Shown here: positions 50,524 through 60,918 of the stretch, piece after piece | Layout of the letters: each line of letters starts with the position of its first letter | Numbering within the stretch: the stretch's first letter is position 1 | NCBI GenBank assembly: GCA_934140155.1 | Contig: CAKPBC010000001.1 | Span: 422,542 to 486,541 of the forward strand | Source of the DNA: an uncultured Bacilli bacterium | GTDB lineage: Bacteria > Bacillota_I > Bacilli_A > RFN20 > CAG-826 | Length of the DNA stretch: 64,000 bases | Direction of reading: 5' to 3' | The notes under the pieces: model-generated | Databases searched by the model: none | The model's input: only the letters and a program-made list of their open reading frames with translations | Told to the model about the DNA's origin: nothing | Position numbers and translations under genes: made by a program

Positions 50524-51180
50524 ATGAAAAAGAGTTTTATTGTTATTGGATTAGGAAGATTTGGTTTATCGGTTGTAAATCAACTAGCAAAGCAAACTAA
50601 TCAGCTAATTGCAGTTGATGTTGATGAAAAAAGAGTTGATTTAATTAAAGGAGAAGTAGAACAATGTTTTTGTTGTGATTGCACAAATAAAAATGTTTTA
50701 GAAGAATTGAATGTCTCTAAAATTGATCATGCCATTGTAGCAATCGGCAATAACTTAGAAGCCACTATATTAACAACAATGAATTTAAAAGAATTGGGTG
50801 TTAAAAAAGTTACTGTAAGAATTGACGAAACAAAATATGAAAATCTTTTAAAGCGTATTGGCGCAGATGTGGTTATTGTTCCAGAAGAAGATGCTGGTAT
50901 TGAATTAGCCAAAAAAGTAGTATCAGATTCTATTCTTGATTATTATCAAGTTGATAAAGAATATGGAGTAGTGCAAATAGCAATTCCTAATAATTTTAAA
51001 GAACAATCTTTAATTGAATTGGATGTTCGTAATAAATTTGATGTTAATATTGTTGGCGTTATTCGTAGCAAATCTTTCTTTATTCCTAAAGGCCAAGATA
51101 AAGTTCTACCAAATGATGTCATTATGGTTGTTGGTAAATCTAATAAAATCATTAAATTTGATAATTATATAAATAAATAA
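50524..51180 (+). CDS. ktrA: KtrA/TrkA RCK-domain K+ uptake regulatory subunit
   Basis: Start at MKKSFIVIGLGRFG (Rossmann GxGxxG; RBS AGGTGA). RCK_N plus RCK_C. Confidence 0.9.
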   Translation: MKKSFIVIGLGRFGLSVVNQLAKQTNQLIAVDVDEKRVDLIKGEVEQCFCCDCTNKNVLEELNVSKIDHAIVAIGNNLEATILTTMNLKELGVKKVTVRIDETKYENLLKRIGADVVIVPEEDAGIELAKKVVSDSILDYYQVDKEYGVVQIAIPNNFKEQSLIELDVRNKFDVNIVGVIRSKSFFIPKGQDKVLPNDVIMVVGKSNKIIKFDNYINK

Positions 51181-51309
51181 TATAAGTCTTACTTTCAATA
51201 AAATGCTGAAGTTACAAAAGTTCTATTTGATATTAGATTATCATCCTTTTTCCTTTGTAATAATTCACTATTTGTTTTAAAATAGTGTTGATACGAGAGG
51301 GTGTAATTT

Positions 51310-52368
51310 ATGAAAATAATACATGCTGCAGATTTACATTTATCTTCTTCATTTGTGGGATTTCCCCAAGATTTAAAAAAGCAAAGAAATATTGAATTAT
51401 CAAATAATTTTCGTTTATTAATTGGATATGCTCGACAAACTAATATTAAACACATAATACTTGCGGGTGATGTTTTTGATAACAATCGTCCAACGATTGC
51501 TATAAAAACTTTCTTTTATAATGAAATAGAAAAAAATAGTGATATAACTTTTTATTATTTAAAAGGAAATCATGATATTGAAAATTCTTTAACAAGAACA
51601 GATTTAAGTAATTTAAAAACATTTACCAATATTTGGACGACTTATAATGTTGATAATGTTACTATTACTGGTGTTGAGTTAAACGCGGATAATGAAAGCC
51701 TTGTTTATAATTCACTTTCTCTTAATAAAGATAAATATAATATTGTTACAATGCACGGACAACTAGGCGGAATAAGTAATGGAAAAGAATGTTCAATTAA
51801 TCTAGATAGATTAAAAGGCTTAAATATTGATTACTTAGCGTTAGGCCATGTGCATTCTTTAAAAACTGGTAAATTAGATGAACGAGGATTTTATGCTTAT
51901 CCTGGTTGCTTAGAAGGACGTGGATTTGATGAAACTGGTGAAAAAGGATTTATTGAAATAGATACGGATACTAAAAAAGTTCGTTTTATTCCATTAAATC
52001 AAAGACAAGTAAGAGTTTATGAGATATTTATCAAAAATAATGATACTGAAAGTATGGCATTAGATGAAATTATTAATAAGATAGACGCTAGTAATAATGA
52101 CACTATTCGTATTATTTTAAAAGGCGAAGTGACATTTGAAATAGATGATTTAATTAAAAGATTAAAAGACTTATTAAATGGAAAATATGCTTATTTTGAG
52201 ATAAAAAATCAACTAAAAAAGACTTATAAGTTAGAAGATTACATTAATAATGTTTCGCTTAAGAGTGAATTTATTAAAAATGTAATGGATTCTCGTTTAA
52301 CAAATGAAGAAAAAAACGAAATTATTGCTATTGGATTAATGGCTATAAATGGCGAGGAGGTAGAATAA
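51310..52368 (+). CDS. SbcD/Mre11-like calcineurin-type phosphoesterase (YhaO-like DNA-repair exonuclease)
   Basis: MKIIHAADLHL, ILAGDVFD, GNHD, GHVH metallophosphatase motifs. Confidence 0.85.
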   Translation: MKIIHAADLHLSSSFVGFPQDLKKQRNIELSNNFRLLIGYARQTNIKHIILAGDVFDNNRPTIAIKTFFYNEIEKNSDITFYYLKGNHDIENSLTRTDLSNLKTFTNIWTTYNVDNVTITGVELNADNESLVYNSLSLNKDKYNIVTMHGQLGGISNGKECSINLDRLKGLNIDYLALGHVHSLKTGKLDERGFYAYPGCLEGRGFDETGEKGFIEIDTDTKKVRFIPLNQRQVRVYEIFIKNNDTESMALDEIINKIDASNNDTIRIILKGEVTFEIDDLIKRLKDLLNGKYAYFEIKNQLKKTYKLEDYINNVSLKSEFIKNVMDSRLTNEEKNEIIAIGLMAINGEEVE

Positions 52369-52369
52369 T

Positions 52370-55174
52370 ATGCGTTTAATCTCCTTATATATTAAACAAT
52401 TTGGTTGTTTGGCAAATTGTAAGATGACATTTGATAAAAATTTAACTATTAAATTTGCGGATAATGGTAAAGGCAAATCTACACTTGCGGCATTTATTAA
52501 AGCAATGTTTTATGGATTAGAAAACGCCACAAAAAAAGATAAGTTTGTGGATAGAAAGCATTATGCTCCACTTAATGGTGATTCTTTTGGTGGAAGTATT
52601 ATTTTTGAATGCAAAGGTCAAACTTATCGTATTGAAAGGTTTTTTGATAATAAATCCTCAAGTAAAGATATTACTTGTTTATATGATCAAAACAATCATC
52701 GAATGTATTTAAAAGAAGAATATGGTGACTATTTCTTTGGTATCGATAAAGAAAGTTATGAACGTACAGCATTTATTGGTAGTGAGGATTTATTAACTAA
52801 ATCAACATTATCAATTAATAAAAAATTAAATAATTTAGTATCTAATGTTGAAGATGATTATGACTTTGATGCAATTGTTGAAAAGTTAGATGAAGGAATA
52901 AAAAAATATTATTATCCTCAAGCAAAAGTTAATAAAGGCGAATACGAAAAATGCCAAGATAAAATAGATGAATTAAAAGAAAAAATTGCCCAATTAACCG
53001 CTATTGAAGCAACAATGGAGCAAAACTATGAGAAGTTAAGTGATTATGATAAATCTATCGATAAACTAAAATCTGATATCTTAGTAGCGCAAAAAGAAGA
53101 TATCACGAGAAAAGATTGGGAACATTATGATTCTTTAATAGAAGAAGCAAATAATTTAAAGGGTGACTTACAAAAAGAATTAGATAAATATCAAAGTGGA
53201 TTACCAACTAAAGAAGAATTAAAATTGTTAGAAGATAATTTGGATATTTATAATGCCACTAGTAATCGTCTAGAAAGTATTTCATATAGTAGCGAAGATA
53301 AAATTCGTCATAATACATTAAAAAGTAAATATCAAATCATTCCTAGTGTAGAAGATATTAATTATCTAGAAAAGAACAAACAAAAAGAGCAAGAATTAAA
53401 AATAAAATTAAATTCTTTAACTTTTAGTAACGAAAAAGAAACTAAACTTAATATCTTAAAAGAAAAATTTGATAACAATGTAATTAATGATGAAGTTATT
53501 TCTAAAATTGATGATCAAGTTAATACATTAGAAAAGCATAGAATTATTAATGAATCCACTTCTAATCAATTTTCTAATGATGAGATTAAAAAACTCAAAC
53601 GAATGTTTGATGATAATTTACCAAGTAAAGAGAAATTATTAGAAATAGAAACTTTATTAAAAGATTATCAACTTAATAAAGAAAAAGTAGATGGTATTTC
53701 TTATCAAAATAAACGTAATACACCAACTATATTAAATGCAACTATATCAATCTTACTTTTAATAGCAACAATTGTTTTGTTTGTTTTTAAAATGGATATT
53801 TACGTTTATATTACTTTAGGGTTAACTATATTATCGTTTATATCATTATTAGTAGTTTTCATAACTAGTAAAAATAAATTAAATAAAAATGAATGGAAAT
53901 ATAAAGAAAAGAATATCGAAATTGCAAATGTTTTGCGTGAATTTTTTGCTGGTTTTATGATATCAGGTGATGAATTTTCCACTAATTTATTAATTTTAAA
54001 AAATGATATGGACAAGTTTCAAAAATATTTAGAAATTAAAAATAAAGTAATGGATGATAAAGAAGTAGAAAATATTAAAGAATCTTTATCTAAAATATTT
54101 TCTACATTTAATTATACTGGAGAAGATTATAAAGTGATGTTAGACCAGTTAAAGAATGATTATAAAGATTATGTTTCTTTAAATAAAGATTATAAAGAGT
54201 TTGAAATCGCCAGTAAAAATATTTCTTTTGAATTAGAACAAAATGAAAAAGATATCAAAAATGTATTACAGAAATATGATATTTATATTAATGATATTGG
54301 TGAACTAAATAACACTCTTTTAGAAATAAATGATTTAAGAAAACTAAATGATAGTTTTCTTGCGTTAGTAACTAAAAACAAAGAAGATAAAGAAAAATGC
54401 GATAAATCTAAAGCATATATTGATGATTTTAAATCCAAATATCAAGTGACTATAGATGTTAAAAATTATATTAATGACGCTCGTAATTCAATTACTATCA
54501 TTGAATCTTTAAAAGATAATATTAAAGATAAAGAACAAAAAATAGAAAAGTTTAAAAATGATAATAATTTATCTTTGCGTCCGGATAGTAACACAAAAAG
54601 TGTTGATGAACTAAATGAATTATTATCTAAAACGATAGCGGAACGCGATTCATTAGAAGCACTTATTAGTGATAATGAAGATAAATTAATGTATTTAAGT
54701 GAATATGAAGACGATCTTAAAACTTATCAAGAAGAAAAACAAAAAGCTAAGGAGCGAGCGAATTTAATAAAAAAAGCAAAAAACTATATGGAATCCGCAG
54801 ATGAAAATCTTAAAAATAAGTTTATAATGCCAATTCAAGATAAATACATTGATTATGCTAGACAAATTAATCCCCACTTAGCGGATAATATAAGCATGAA
54901 CTATGATTTTGAAATAAATTTTGATATTAATGGTAAATATAAAAACTATTTACAATTATCTTTAGGAGAAAAAGCTTGTTTGGGTTTATGTTTAAGATTT
55001 GCAATTATTGATAATATTTATAAAGATGATAAACCAATTATTATTCTTGATGATCCATTTGTTAATTTAGATGAAGATAACTTACAAAAAGCTAAAGATG
55101 TTTTGGTTAAATTATCTAGTAATACACAAGTGTTATATTTATGTTGTCATAAATCTAGAATGATTGAAAAATAA
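52370..55174 (+). CDS. SbcC/Rad50-like AAA ATPase with internal TM hairpin (YhaN-like)
   Basis: Overlaps the upstream stop. Walker A ADNGKGKSTL; long coiled-coil; C-terminal IIILDDPFVNLDE (D-loop/Walker B). Two hydrophobic helices at ~aa 450-500. Confidence 0.8.
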   Translation: MRLISLYIKQFGCLANCKMTFDKNLTIKFADNGKGKSTLAAFIKAMFYGLENATKKDKFVDRKHYAPLNGDSFGGSIIFECKGQTYRIERFFDNKSSSKDITCLYDQNNHRMYLKEEYGDYFFGIDKESYERTAFIGSEDLLTKSTLSINKKLNNLVSNVEDDYDFDAIVEKLDEGIKKYYYPQAKVNKGEYEKCQDKIDELKEKIAQLTAIEATMEQNYEKLSDYDKSIDKLKSDILVAQKEDITRKDWEHYDSLIEEANNLKGDLQKELDKYQSGLPTKEELKLLEDNLDIYNATSNRLESISYSSEDKIRHNTLKSKYQIIPSVEDINYLEKNKQKEQELKIKLNSLTFSNEKETKLNILKEKFDNNVINDEVISKIDDQVNTLEKHRIINESTSNQFSNDEIKKLKRMFDDNLPSKEKLLEIETLLKDYQLNKEKVDGISYQNKRNTPTILNATISILLLIATIVLFVFKMDIYVYITLGLTILSFISLLVVFITSKNKLNKNEWKYKEKNIEIANVLREFFAGFMISGDEFSTNLLILKNDMDKFQKYLEIKNKVMDDKEVENIKESLSKIFSTFNYTGEDYKVMLDQLKNDYKDYVSLNKDYKEFEIASKNISFELEQNEKDIKNVLQKYDIYINDIGELNNTLLEINDLRKLNDSFLALVTKNKEDKEKCDKSKAYIDDFKSKYQVTIDVKNYINDARNSITIIESLKDNIKDKEQKIEKFKNDNNLSLRPDSNTKSVDELNELLSKTIAERDSLEALISDNEDKLMYLSEYEDDLKTYQEEKQKAKERANLIKKAKNYMESADENLKNKFIMPIQDKYIDYARQINPHLADNISMNYDFEINFDINGKYKNYLQLSLGEKACLGLCLRFAIIDNIYKDDKPIIILDDPFVNLDEDNLQKAKDVLVKLSSNTQVLYLCCHKSRMIEK

Positions 55175-55191
55175 TCAGACTAGGTATTCAG

Positions 55192-55251
55192 TTTATCTTA
55201 TCAAAAAATTGACATATGATAAGATAAGTGAGTAGATAAATGATAAGATAA
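55192..55251. promoter_or_regulatory. Operator-like array: inverted repeat TTATCTTATCA-N13-TGATAAGATAA with TTGACA in the spacer, plus a third direct copy TGATAAGATAA
   Basis: Arms at 55193-55203 and 55217-55227 are exact reverse complements. The -35-like TTGACA is at 55209-55214. A third copy is at 55241-55251. Confidence 0.55.
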
Positions 55252-55517
55252 AATGAAAGTGAGAAAATAGTTATGATTAAAGAAATCTCAAGCCACTATT
55301 TATCAATCTTTAGACAAACTGATGAAATTAAATATAGTAAAAAGAGTGGGGGGGCAAGGGAGACTGGCTATTGGGATATTTTAAATTAAATTTAGTGTAA
55401 TATGCAGATTAAACTGCTAGTTGATAAAAATTAAACTGATAGATGAGTAATTAAACTAATTTGATATTTAAATTTATAAAATCTTTCTTTTATAATTGAT
55501 GTATGGAGGATATAAAT

Positions 55518-55997
55518 ATGGAAACATTAGGAACTAGACTCGTAGAATTAAGAAAAAAATATAATTTTACACAAGCTGATATTGGAGAAAAATTAAATGT
55601 ATCAGTTCAAGCAGTTAGCAAATGGGAAAATGATTTATCTTTACCAGATTATGATTATCTAATTAAACTAGCGGATTTGTTTAATACATCTATAGATGAA
55701 TTATTAGGAAGAAAAAAAGAAATTGTTAGACAAGAAGAAAACAAAGATAAAAATAAATTATTATTTAAAATTTCTATCAAAAGCGCAGACGGAGATGAAA
55801 TAAATATTAATCTACCATTATCAGTTATAAAAGTATTAGTGGAAAATAATTCAAATACTAATATCATATCTGGAAATGAGTCGCTTAAAAATATTGATTT
55901 TGCTTCTTTGCTCTCTTTAGCAGAGCAAGGTGTAATTGGTGAAATTGTTAATATAAAAAGCGCAGATGGCGACATAATAAAAATCGTGGTGGAATAG
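55518..55997 (+). CDS. XRE-family HTH regulator with C-terminal domain containing repeated KSADGD-x-I-(N/K)-I motifs
   Basis: Start at METLGTRL (RBS GGAGGA). HTH_XRE: LRKKYNFTQADIGEKLNVSVQAVSKWEN. C-terminal repeats KSADGDEININLP and KSADGDIIKIVVE. Confidence 0.75.
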   Translation: METLGTRLVELRKKYNFTQADIGEKLNVSVQAVSKWENDLSLPDYDYLIKLADLFNTSIDELLGRKKEIVRQEENKDKNKLLFKISIKSADGDEININLPLSVIKVLVENNSNTNIISGNESLKNIDFASLLSLAEQGVIGEIVNIKSADGDIIKIVVE

Positions 55998-55998
55998 T

Positions 55999-56229
55999 GT
56001 GAAAGTTGTTTTAAAAAATGAAAAACATCGGATAGTGTTGTATTTTCCATTATGGATTATAAAAACAAAAGTATTCACGAAAATATTGAATGATAACAAT
56101 ATTAGCTTCAAATCCACATTAAATAATAAATTGCTCTATAAAGTATTAAAAAAATATATAAGAATAAATGGACATTTTACACTTTTAAGCATTCATTCTG
56201 ATACAAAAAATGTTAAAATAATAATGTAA
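55999..56229 (+). CDS. Small basic hypothetical protein (76 aa), GTG start 1 nt after the XRE gene stop
   Basis: ORF-track prediction. Lys-rich with no motif. Possibly translationally coupled to the XRE gene. Could be spurious. Confidence 0.25.
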   Translation: MKVVLKNEKHRIVLYFPLWIIKTKVFTKILNDNNISFKSTLNNKLLYKVLKKYIRINGHFTLLSIHSDTKNVKIIM

Positions 56230-56356
56230 GTAAAAAAAGAGTTTAAACAATTATTTTATAAATGTTAGTGGTTTACAAATTGCAATATTATGAAAAAATT
56301 AACGCAATGTAATTGCTACCATAAATAAATTATAATTATACTTATAGAAATGAGCG

Positions 56357-58282
56357 ATGATTATGAAAATTATTAAAAACATTAACAAAAGTTGGAAATT
56401 TGAAGACCAAAATAAAGTTACACATGATATCGATTTACCACATACTTGGAATGGTATTGATGGCCAAGATGGCGGAGCGGATTATTATCGTGGTACTTTA
56501 AAATACACGACTATTTTTGATTTAAACGAAGATGTTAATACCCATGATATTTATCTAGAATTTAAAGCTGTTAACGCAAGCGCAACTGTTTATCTTAATG
56601 ATAAGCTTGTTGGCAAACATGATGGTGGTTATTCAGCATTTAGATTTGATATTACTAAATTTGTAAAACCTCATAATGAATTAGTGGTTTTAGTTGATAA
56701 TAGTGAAAATGATAGAGTATATCCTCAAAAAGCTGACTTTACTTTCTATGGTGGAATTTATCGTGATGTTAATCTTCTTATCTTAGATAAGGATCATTTC
56801 GATTACGATTATTTTGGTGCTTTACCAATTAAAATTGATCCAGTTGTTTTAAATAACGAAGGCAAAGTAGTTGTAGAAGCATTCACAAAATCTAATAAAG
56901 ATATCGTAATTGAAATTTATGATGCAGAAAATAATTTAATTAAAACTGCTAAAAATAAAGAAGAAATTATTATTAATAATCCTCATTTATGGAATGGTAA
57001 AAAAGATCCATATTTATATGTTGCTAAAGCAAAATTAATAGATAACGATAAAATAATAGATGAAGTATCACACCAATTTGGCTTTAGAACATTTACATAT
57101 GATTCTAAAAAAGGATTTTTCTTAAATGGTGTATCTTATCCATTGCGTGGCGTTTCTAGACACCAAGACCGCTTATTAAAAGGAAATGCTATATCAAAAG
57201 AGGATCAAGAAGAAGATATGAATCTTATCCTTGATATTGGCGCAAATACGGTACGTTTAGCGCATTATCAACATGATGATTATTTCCTTGATTTATGCGA
57301 TAAATATGGTCTTGTTGTTTGGGCAGAAGTGCCATATATTTCTAAACATATGCCTAATGCTAAAGATAATATTGAACAACAATTAAAAGAATTAATTTAT
57401 CAACAATATAATCACCCATCTATTGCAGTTTGGGGCATTTCTAATGAAATTACAATGTTTAAAGCCGATAAAAAAGATTTAATCGCAGATCATGTATATT
57501 TAAATGATTTAGTACATAAAATTGATCCAAATCGTAAGACAGTTCTTGCTTGCTTTGCAATGTGCGGACCAATGAATAAAATTGCTCATATTACCGATGT
57601 TGTTTCTTGGAACCTTTATTTAGGCTGGTATGTACCTGGCTTATTCTTAAATGATTTCTGGATTCATTTATTCCATTTATTATATCCAAAACGTTGTGTA
57701 GGATATTCAGAATATGGCGCAGAAGGTATGCCAAACTTACATAGTTCTCATCCGAAAATTGGTGATAATAGTGAAGAATATCAAGCGCATTACCATGAAT
57801 TCTTATTAAAATGTTTTACTAGACATCCATATTTATGGGCAACTCATGTTTGGAATATGTTTGACTTTGCTAGTGATGGAAGAGATCAAGGCGGAGAACC
57901 AGGAAGAAATCACAAAGGCTTAGTTACTATTGATCGTAAGATTAAAAAAGATTCTTTCTATTTGTATAAAGCATATTGGTCAGATGAACCATTTGTTCAT
58001 ATTGCTAGTAAAAGATACATCAATCGTACGGATAAAAAAGCGACAATTACCGTATATTCTAATCAAAAACACCTTACATTCATTCATAATGGAAAAGTAG
58101 TTGAAAAAGATGGAGACAAAGTATTTACATTCAAAATTAAATTAGCAAAAGAAAATAAAATTGAAGTTAAGAGTGGAAATCTTTATGATGTAGCGTATAT
58201 CAAAAAAGTCGATAAACCAGATCCATCTTATGTTAATAAAACAGGCAATTCTCATAGTTGGGAAAAGAAAGATAAAAAATAA
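56357..58282 (+). CDS. Glycoside hydrolase family 2 enzyme (second GH2 paralogue)
   Basis: NKSWKFEDQ, LEFKAVNASATVYLNDKLVGKHDGGYSAFRFDIT (GH2 sugar-binding domain), ISNEITM (NE acid/base region). Terminator CATAGA-ttttgtt-TCTATG-GCTTTTTTT at ~58301-58329. Confidence 0.85.
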   Translation: MIMKIIKNINKSWKFEDQNKVTHDIDLPHTWNGIDGQDGGADYYRGTLKYTTIFDLNEDVNTHDIYLEFKAVNASATVYLNDKLVGKHDGGYSAFRFDITKFVKPHNELVVLVDNSENDRVYPQKADFTFYGGIYRDVNLLILDKDHFDYDYFGALPIKIDPVVLNNEGKVVVEAFTKSNKDIVIEIYDAENNLIKTAKNKEEIIINNPHLWNGKKDPYLYVAKAKLIDNDKIIDEVSHQFGFRTFTYDSKKGFFLNGVSYPLRGVSRHQDRLLKGNAISKEDQEEDMNLILDIGANTVRLAHYQHDDYFLDLCDKYGLVVWAEVPYISKHMPNAKDNIEQQLKELIYQQYNHPSIAVWGISNEITMFKADKKDLIADHVYLNDLVHKIDPNRKTVLACFAMCGPMNKIAHITDVVSWNLYLGWYVPGLFLNDFWIHLFHLLYPKRCVGYSEYGAEGMPNLHSSHPKIGDNSEEYQAHYHEFLLKCFTRHPYLWATHVWNMFDFASDGRDQGGEPGRNHKGLVTIDRKIKKDSFYLYKAYWSDEPFVHIASKRYINRTDKKATITVYSNQKHLTFIHNGKVVEKDGDKVFTFKIKLAKENKIEVKSGNLYDVAYIKKVDKPDPSYVNKTGNSHSWEKKDKK

Positions 58283-58535
58283 TTTAATTACATAAATAAG
58301 TCATAGATTTTGTTTCTATGGCTTTTTTTAGCAACAAAAAAACAGGTAGAAGGAGGATAAGGTTGGAGTTTGTTTTTTTGGTTCTACCTGTTTTAGTTTT
58401 AATAAATGCTTAGGACATTTATTAGTTGGAATGCTTTGATTATTTGCATACTTTAATTATAAAACAATTAATAATAAAATCTATTGCAATTAATTTGAAA
58501 ATATATTGCATTATATGTAGTGGGCTAAATAAGCA

Positions 58536-58590
58536 ATAAAAAACAGATAGATTGTTTAAATCCATTGACAAAATCTATCTGTTTTTGTTT
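58536..58590. terminator. Bidirectional hairpin terminator downstream of the minus-strand secreted-protein gene
   Basis: AACAGATAGATT-(17 nt)-AATCTATCTGTT-TTTTTG, with an A-run on the opposite side. A second long hairpin AACAGGTAGAAcc...ggTTCTACCTGTT at 58334-58392. Confidence 0.55.
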
Positions 58591-58602
58591 TTAAATTATA
58601 AC

Positions 58603-60759
58603 TTAAGCTGCAATTACTAAGTACTCTTTTACTGTTAATGAGAGATCAGAAGTAGTTGCGTTATTAAACTTATAATAAGTCATAATATTAGCATTACTTA
58701 AGTTGTTTGCAGTTAGTACTATTGTTTTTGTTTCTTTTGAAGCAATAGTAAATGTTTCATTAGCATTTCCAGTTGCTTCAGGACTTCCACTAGCATTTGT
58801 TTGGAATAAAGAAATATTAAGTTCTTCTTCGCCATTATTAGTTAGAATAAATGTAAATTTATAAGTTACGCCTGATGAAACAGTTGTTGGAATCATTGAT
58901 ATAAAGTACCAACCTGCTTGAACGCCATCTGCATAATTAAATGTATTTTCTTTTTCTAAATGGCCATCTACATTGACTACTGAACTTGACATTTGATCAA
59001 TTAAAGAGCTTCTATTAAATCCATTTATTTTTGTATGAATTGGTGCAATAGAACCTTTCAAACTTGTGTTAATTGAAGTATTTTTATCAAAATAAGGAAT
59101 TAATGTTACATCTTCTTTAACAACATAATTATTGGCATTATATACTTTTGCACTATTATTAGCATCAACCCATCCTGCTAAAGTATAGCCTTCAGGAGCA
59201 GTAACTTTTAGATTAGATATAGTAGTACCTTCAGTTATGAATCTGCTATTTGGATTATCTTTTTTGAAGGTAACAGCGAAGTTGGTATCTTCGCCATTTT
59301 GAATAGTGACTTGATGAGTTGGAATAGTAGATGTAACTTTTTCAAAATATTGGGCAACACCAATAATTGGTTTAGTTCTCATATTTCCTGTGAATTTATA
59401 ATTGGTTAAGACATTAGCGTTGCTATATACATTTGCAGGTAATTCCATTGTGAATACCGCTAATTCGCCTATATCAAGAATTAGTGACTTATTTGGACGA
59501 GCATTTTGGCCTAATGCTTCTTCATCAGTGGCGTCTCCACTTGCTCCAATTTGTTGGACATCAAGACCTATTTTTTCTGTTCCTAAGTTTTGAATCTTAT
59601 ATGTAACAAGCATATGTTCTTTGTTAACATTCATAACTGACATACCATTAAACCAATATCCACTTAAAGCGGCTTTGTCTGGATAATATAATGTTGCTTG
59701 TTCAGACATACCATTTTTATTATAGATAGCACCAGTGGTGACACTAACAGAACTAAATCCATATAATTTATTAATGTTATTAGGATTACCAACATTTAAG
59801 TATACTTTACCATTAGCGGTTGCCATATTATTTGTATAATTATCAACTTCATAATATGGTTCTAACATTGTATCAGCAGTGATATTTTTTAATGTAAATT
59901 TTGATGTAAATACTTGCTTATAATCTAGAATATCATTGTGTTTCATAAATCCGACAAGATGATATCCAGTATGCTCTGGAGCTTGAACACCGCTAACAAC
60001 TTGACCATTACCATATAATTTTTTAGTTGAACCATCAGCAAAAGTAGCACCTTTAGCTAATGAGAATTCATAAGCAGTAAATGTTTTTGTTTCATCATGT
60101 TCACCACAGATACAGGATTTATAATATGTTCTACCAGATTTTTTAAATGCATCACGGGCAATATTTTGCTCATAAGCATGCGTATGAGTTTCACCTTTTA
60201 TTTTTGCTAATGTTGCATCAGTTTCAGTGCCTTTAACACCATTAACGATAATTTGAATAGGAACATTGTAGAAATCTAAATCAGAAGTTGTATAACGTAT
60301 AGTGTAGCATGCCCAGTAATATTCACCAGCATATGATTCTGTTGTAGTTTGTGATGTACCATTATAGTAGTAAGTTTTTCCATCCGCTATAATTCCTTTA
60401 TAAAGCGTTAGTACTTCTTTAGGCGCAATGTCATCTTTTCCAACAACATATCCTCTTTGATAAGAAATAGAATCAATTTTACCTTTAATAGCAGTGGCAA
60501 AACGCATGACATCATATTCTTTGCCATCGATTGTTTGTGTACCTATTTGTACGAATGTTTTTGACATTGATAATTTATCGTCACTACCAATTTTAATTCC
60601 TTTTTTAAATGGAATAGCATTTTTATTAGTTATATCATCTGCAGTTTCAATTAATTTATCATTAATATCAATAGACTTAGTGGAAGCAGCAGCTTTAGTA
60701 GTTATAACTGCACCTACTAAAGCGCTACTTAATAGTAATAATTTTGTTGTTTTTTTCAT
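58603..60759 (-). CDS. Secreted/surface protein (signal peptide, no lipobox), paralogue of 60919-63324
   Basis: Start at MKKTTKLLLLSSALVGAVITTKAAAS (RBS GGAGTGA). Shares PTHQVTIQNGEDTNFAVTFKK / PTHNVTIQNIEGSNLKVKFANG and ...TYYKFNNATTSDLSLTVKEYL / ...TYYQFLNDFSSGLKLATTQYF with the upstream gene. Confidence 0.7.
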   Translation of the reverse strand: MKKTTKLLLLSSALVGAVITTKAAASTKSIDINDKLIETADDITNKNAIPFKKGIKIGSDDKLSMSKTFVQIGTQTIDGKEYDVMRFATAIKGKIDSISYQRGYVVGKDDIAPKEVLTLYKGIIADGKTYYYNGTSQTTTESYAGEYYWACYTIRYTTSDLDFYNVPIQIIVNGVKGTETDATLAKIKGETHTHAYEQNIARDAFKKSGRTYYKSCICGEHDETKTFTAYEFSLAKGATFADGSTKKLYGNGQVVSGVQAPEHTGYHLVGFMKHNDILDYKQVFTSKFTLKNITADTMLEPYYEVDNYTNNMATANGKVYLNVGNPNNINKLYGFSSVSVTTGAIYNKNGMSEQATLYYPDKAALSGYWFNGMSVMNVNKEHMLVTYKIQNLGTEKIGLDVQQIGASGDATDEEALGQNARPNKSLILDIGELAVFTMELPANVYSNANVLTNYKFTGNMRTKPIIGVAQYFEKVTSTIPTHQVTIQNGEDTNFAVTFKKDNPNSRFITEGTTISNLKVTAPEGYTLAGWVDANNSAKVYNANNYVVKEDVTLIPYFDKNTSINTSLKGSIAPIHTKINGFNRSSLIDQMSSSVVNVDGHLEKENTFNYADGVQAGWYFISMIPTTVSSGVTYKFTFILTNNGEEELNISLFQTNASGSPEATGNANETFTIASKETKTIVLTANNLSNANIMTYYKFNNATTSDLSLTVKEYLVIAA

Positions 60760-60771
60760 AATAATCACTCC

Positions 60772-60903
60772 TTAGAATTCTTCATCAATTCCTTGATTAG
60801 GATTTGTAATATCTAAATTTTCATCAGTGATAATTGAAGTAAGAACTATGTCATCAATGTGTAACTCTTCGATATCAATTATTGGTTTAATATAATCTTT
60901 CAT
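60772..60903 (-). CDS. Small acidic peptide ORF (43 aa), not in the ORF track
   Basis: MKDYIKPIIDIEELHIDDIVLTSIITDENLDITNPNQGIDEEF*. Strong RBS GGAGGA 7 nt upstream, placed 2 nt after the stop of the 801-aa gene. Its stop (TAA 60772-60774) abuts the RBS of the 721-aa gene, so the three genes are tightly coupled. Confidence 0.45.
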   Translation of the reverse strand: MKDYIKPIIDIEELHIDDIVLTSIITDENLDITNPNQGIDEEF

Positions 60904-60918
60904 ATTGTTTTCCTCCTA

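Noticed and set aside
55273-55389. 38-aa ORF MIKEISSHYLSIFRQTDEIKYSKKSGGARETGYWDIL in the yhaN-XRE intergenic region
   Set aside because: It has only a weak RBS, no motif and an unusual GC-rich middle. It cannot be distinguished from chance, so it is mentioned only as part of the regulatory-region finding.
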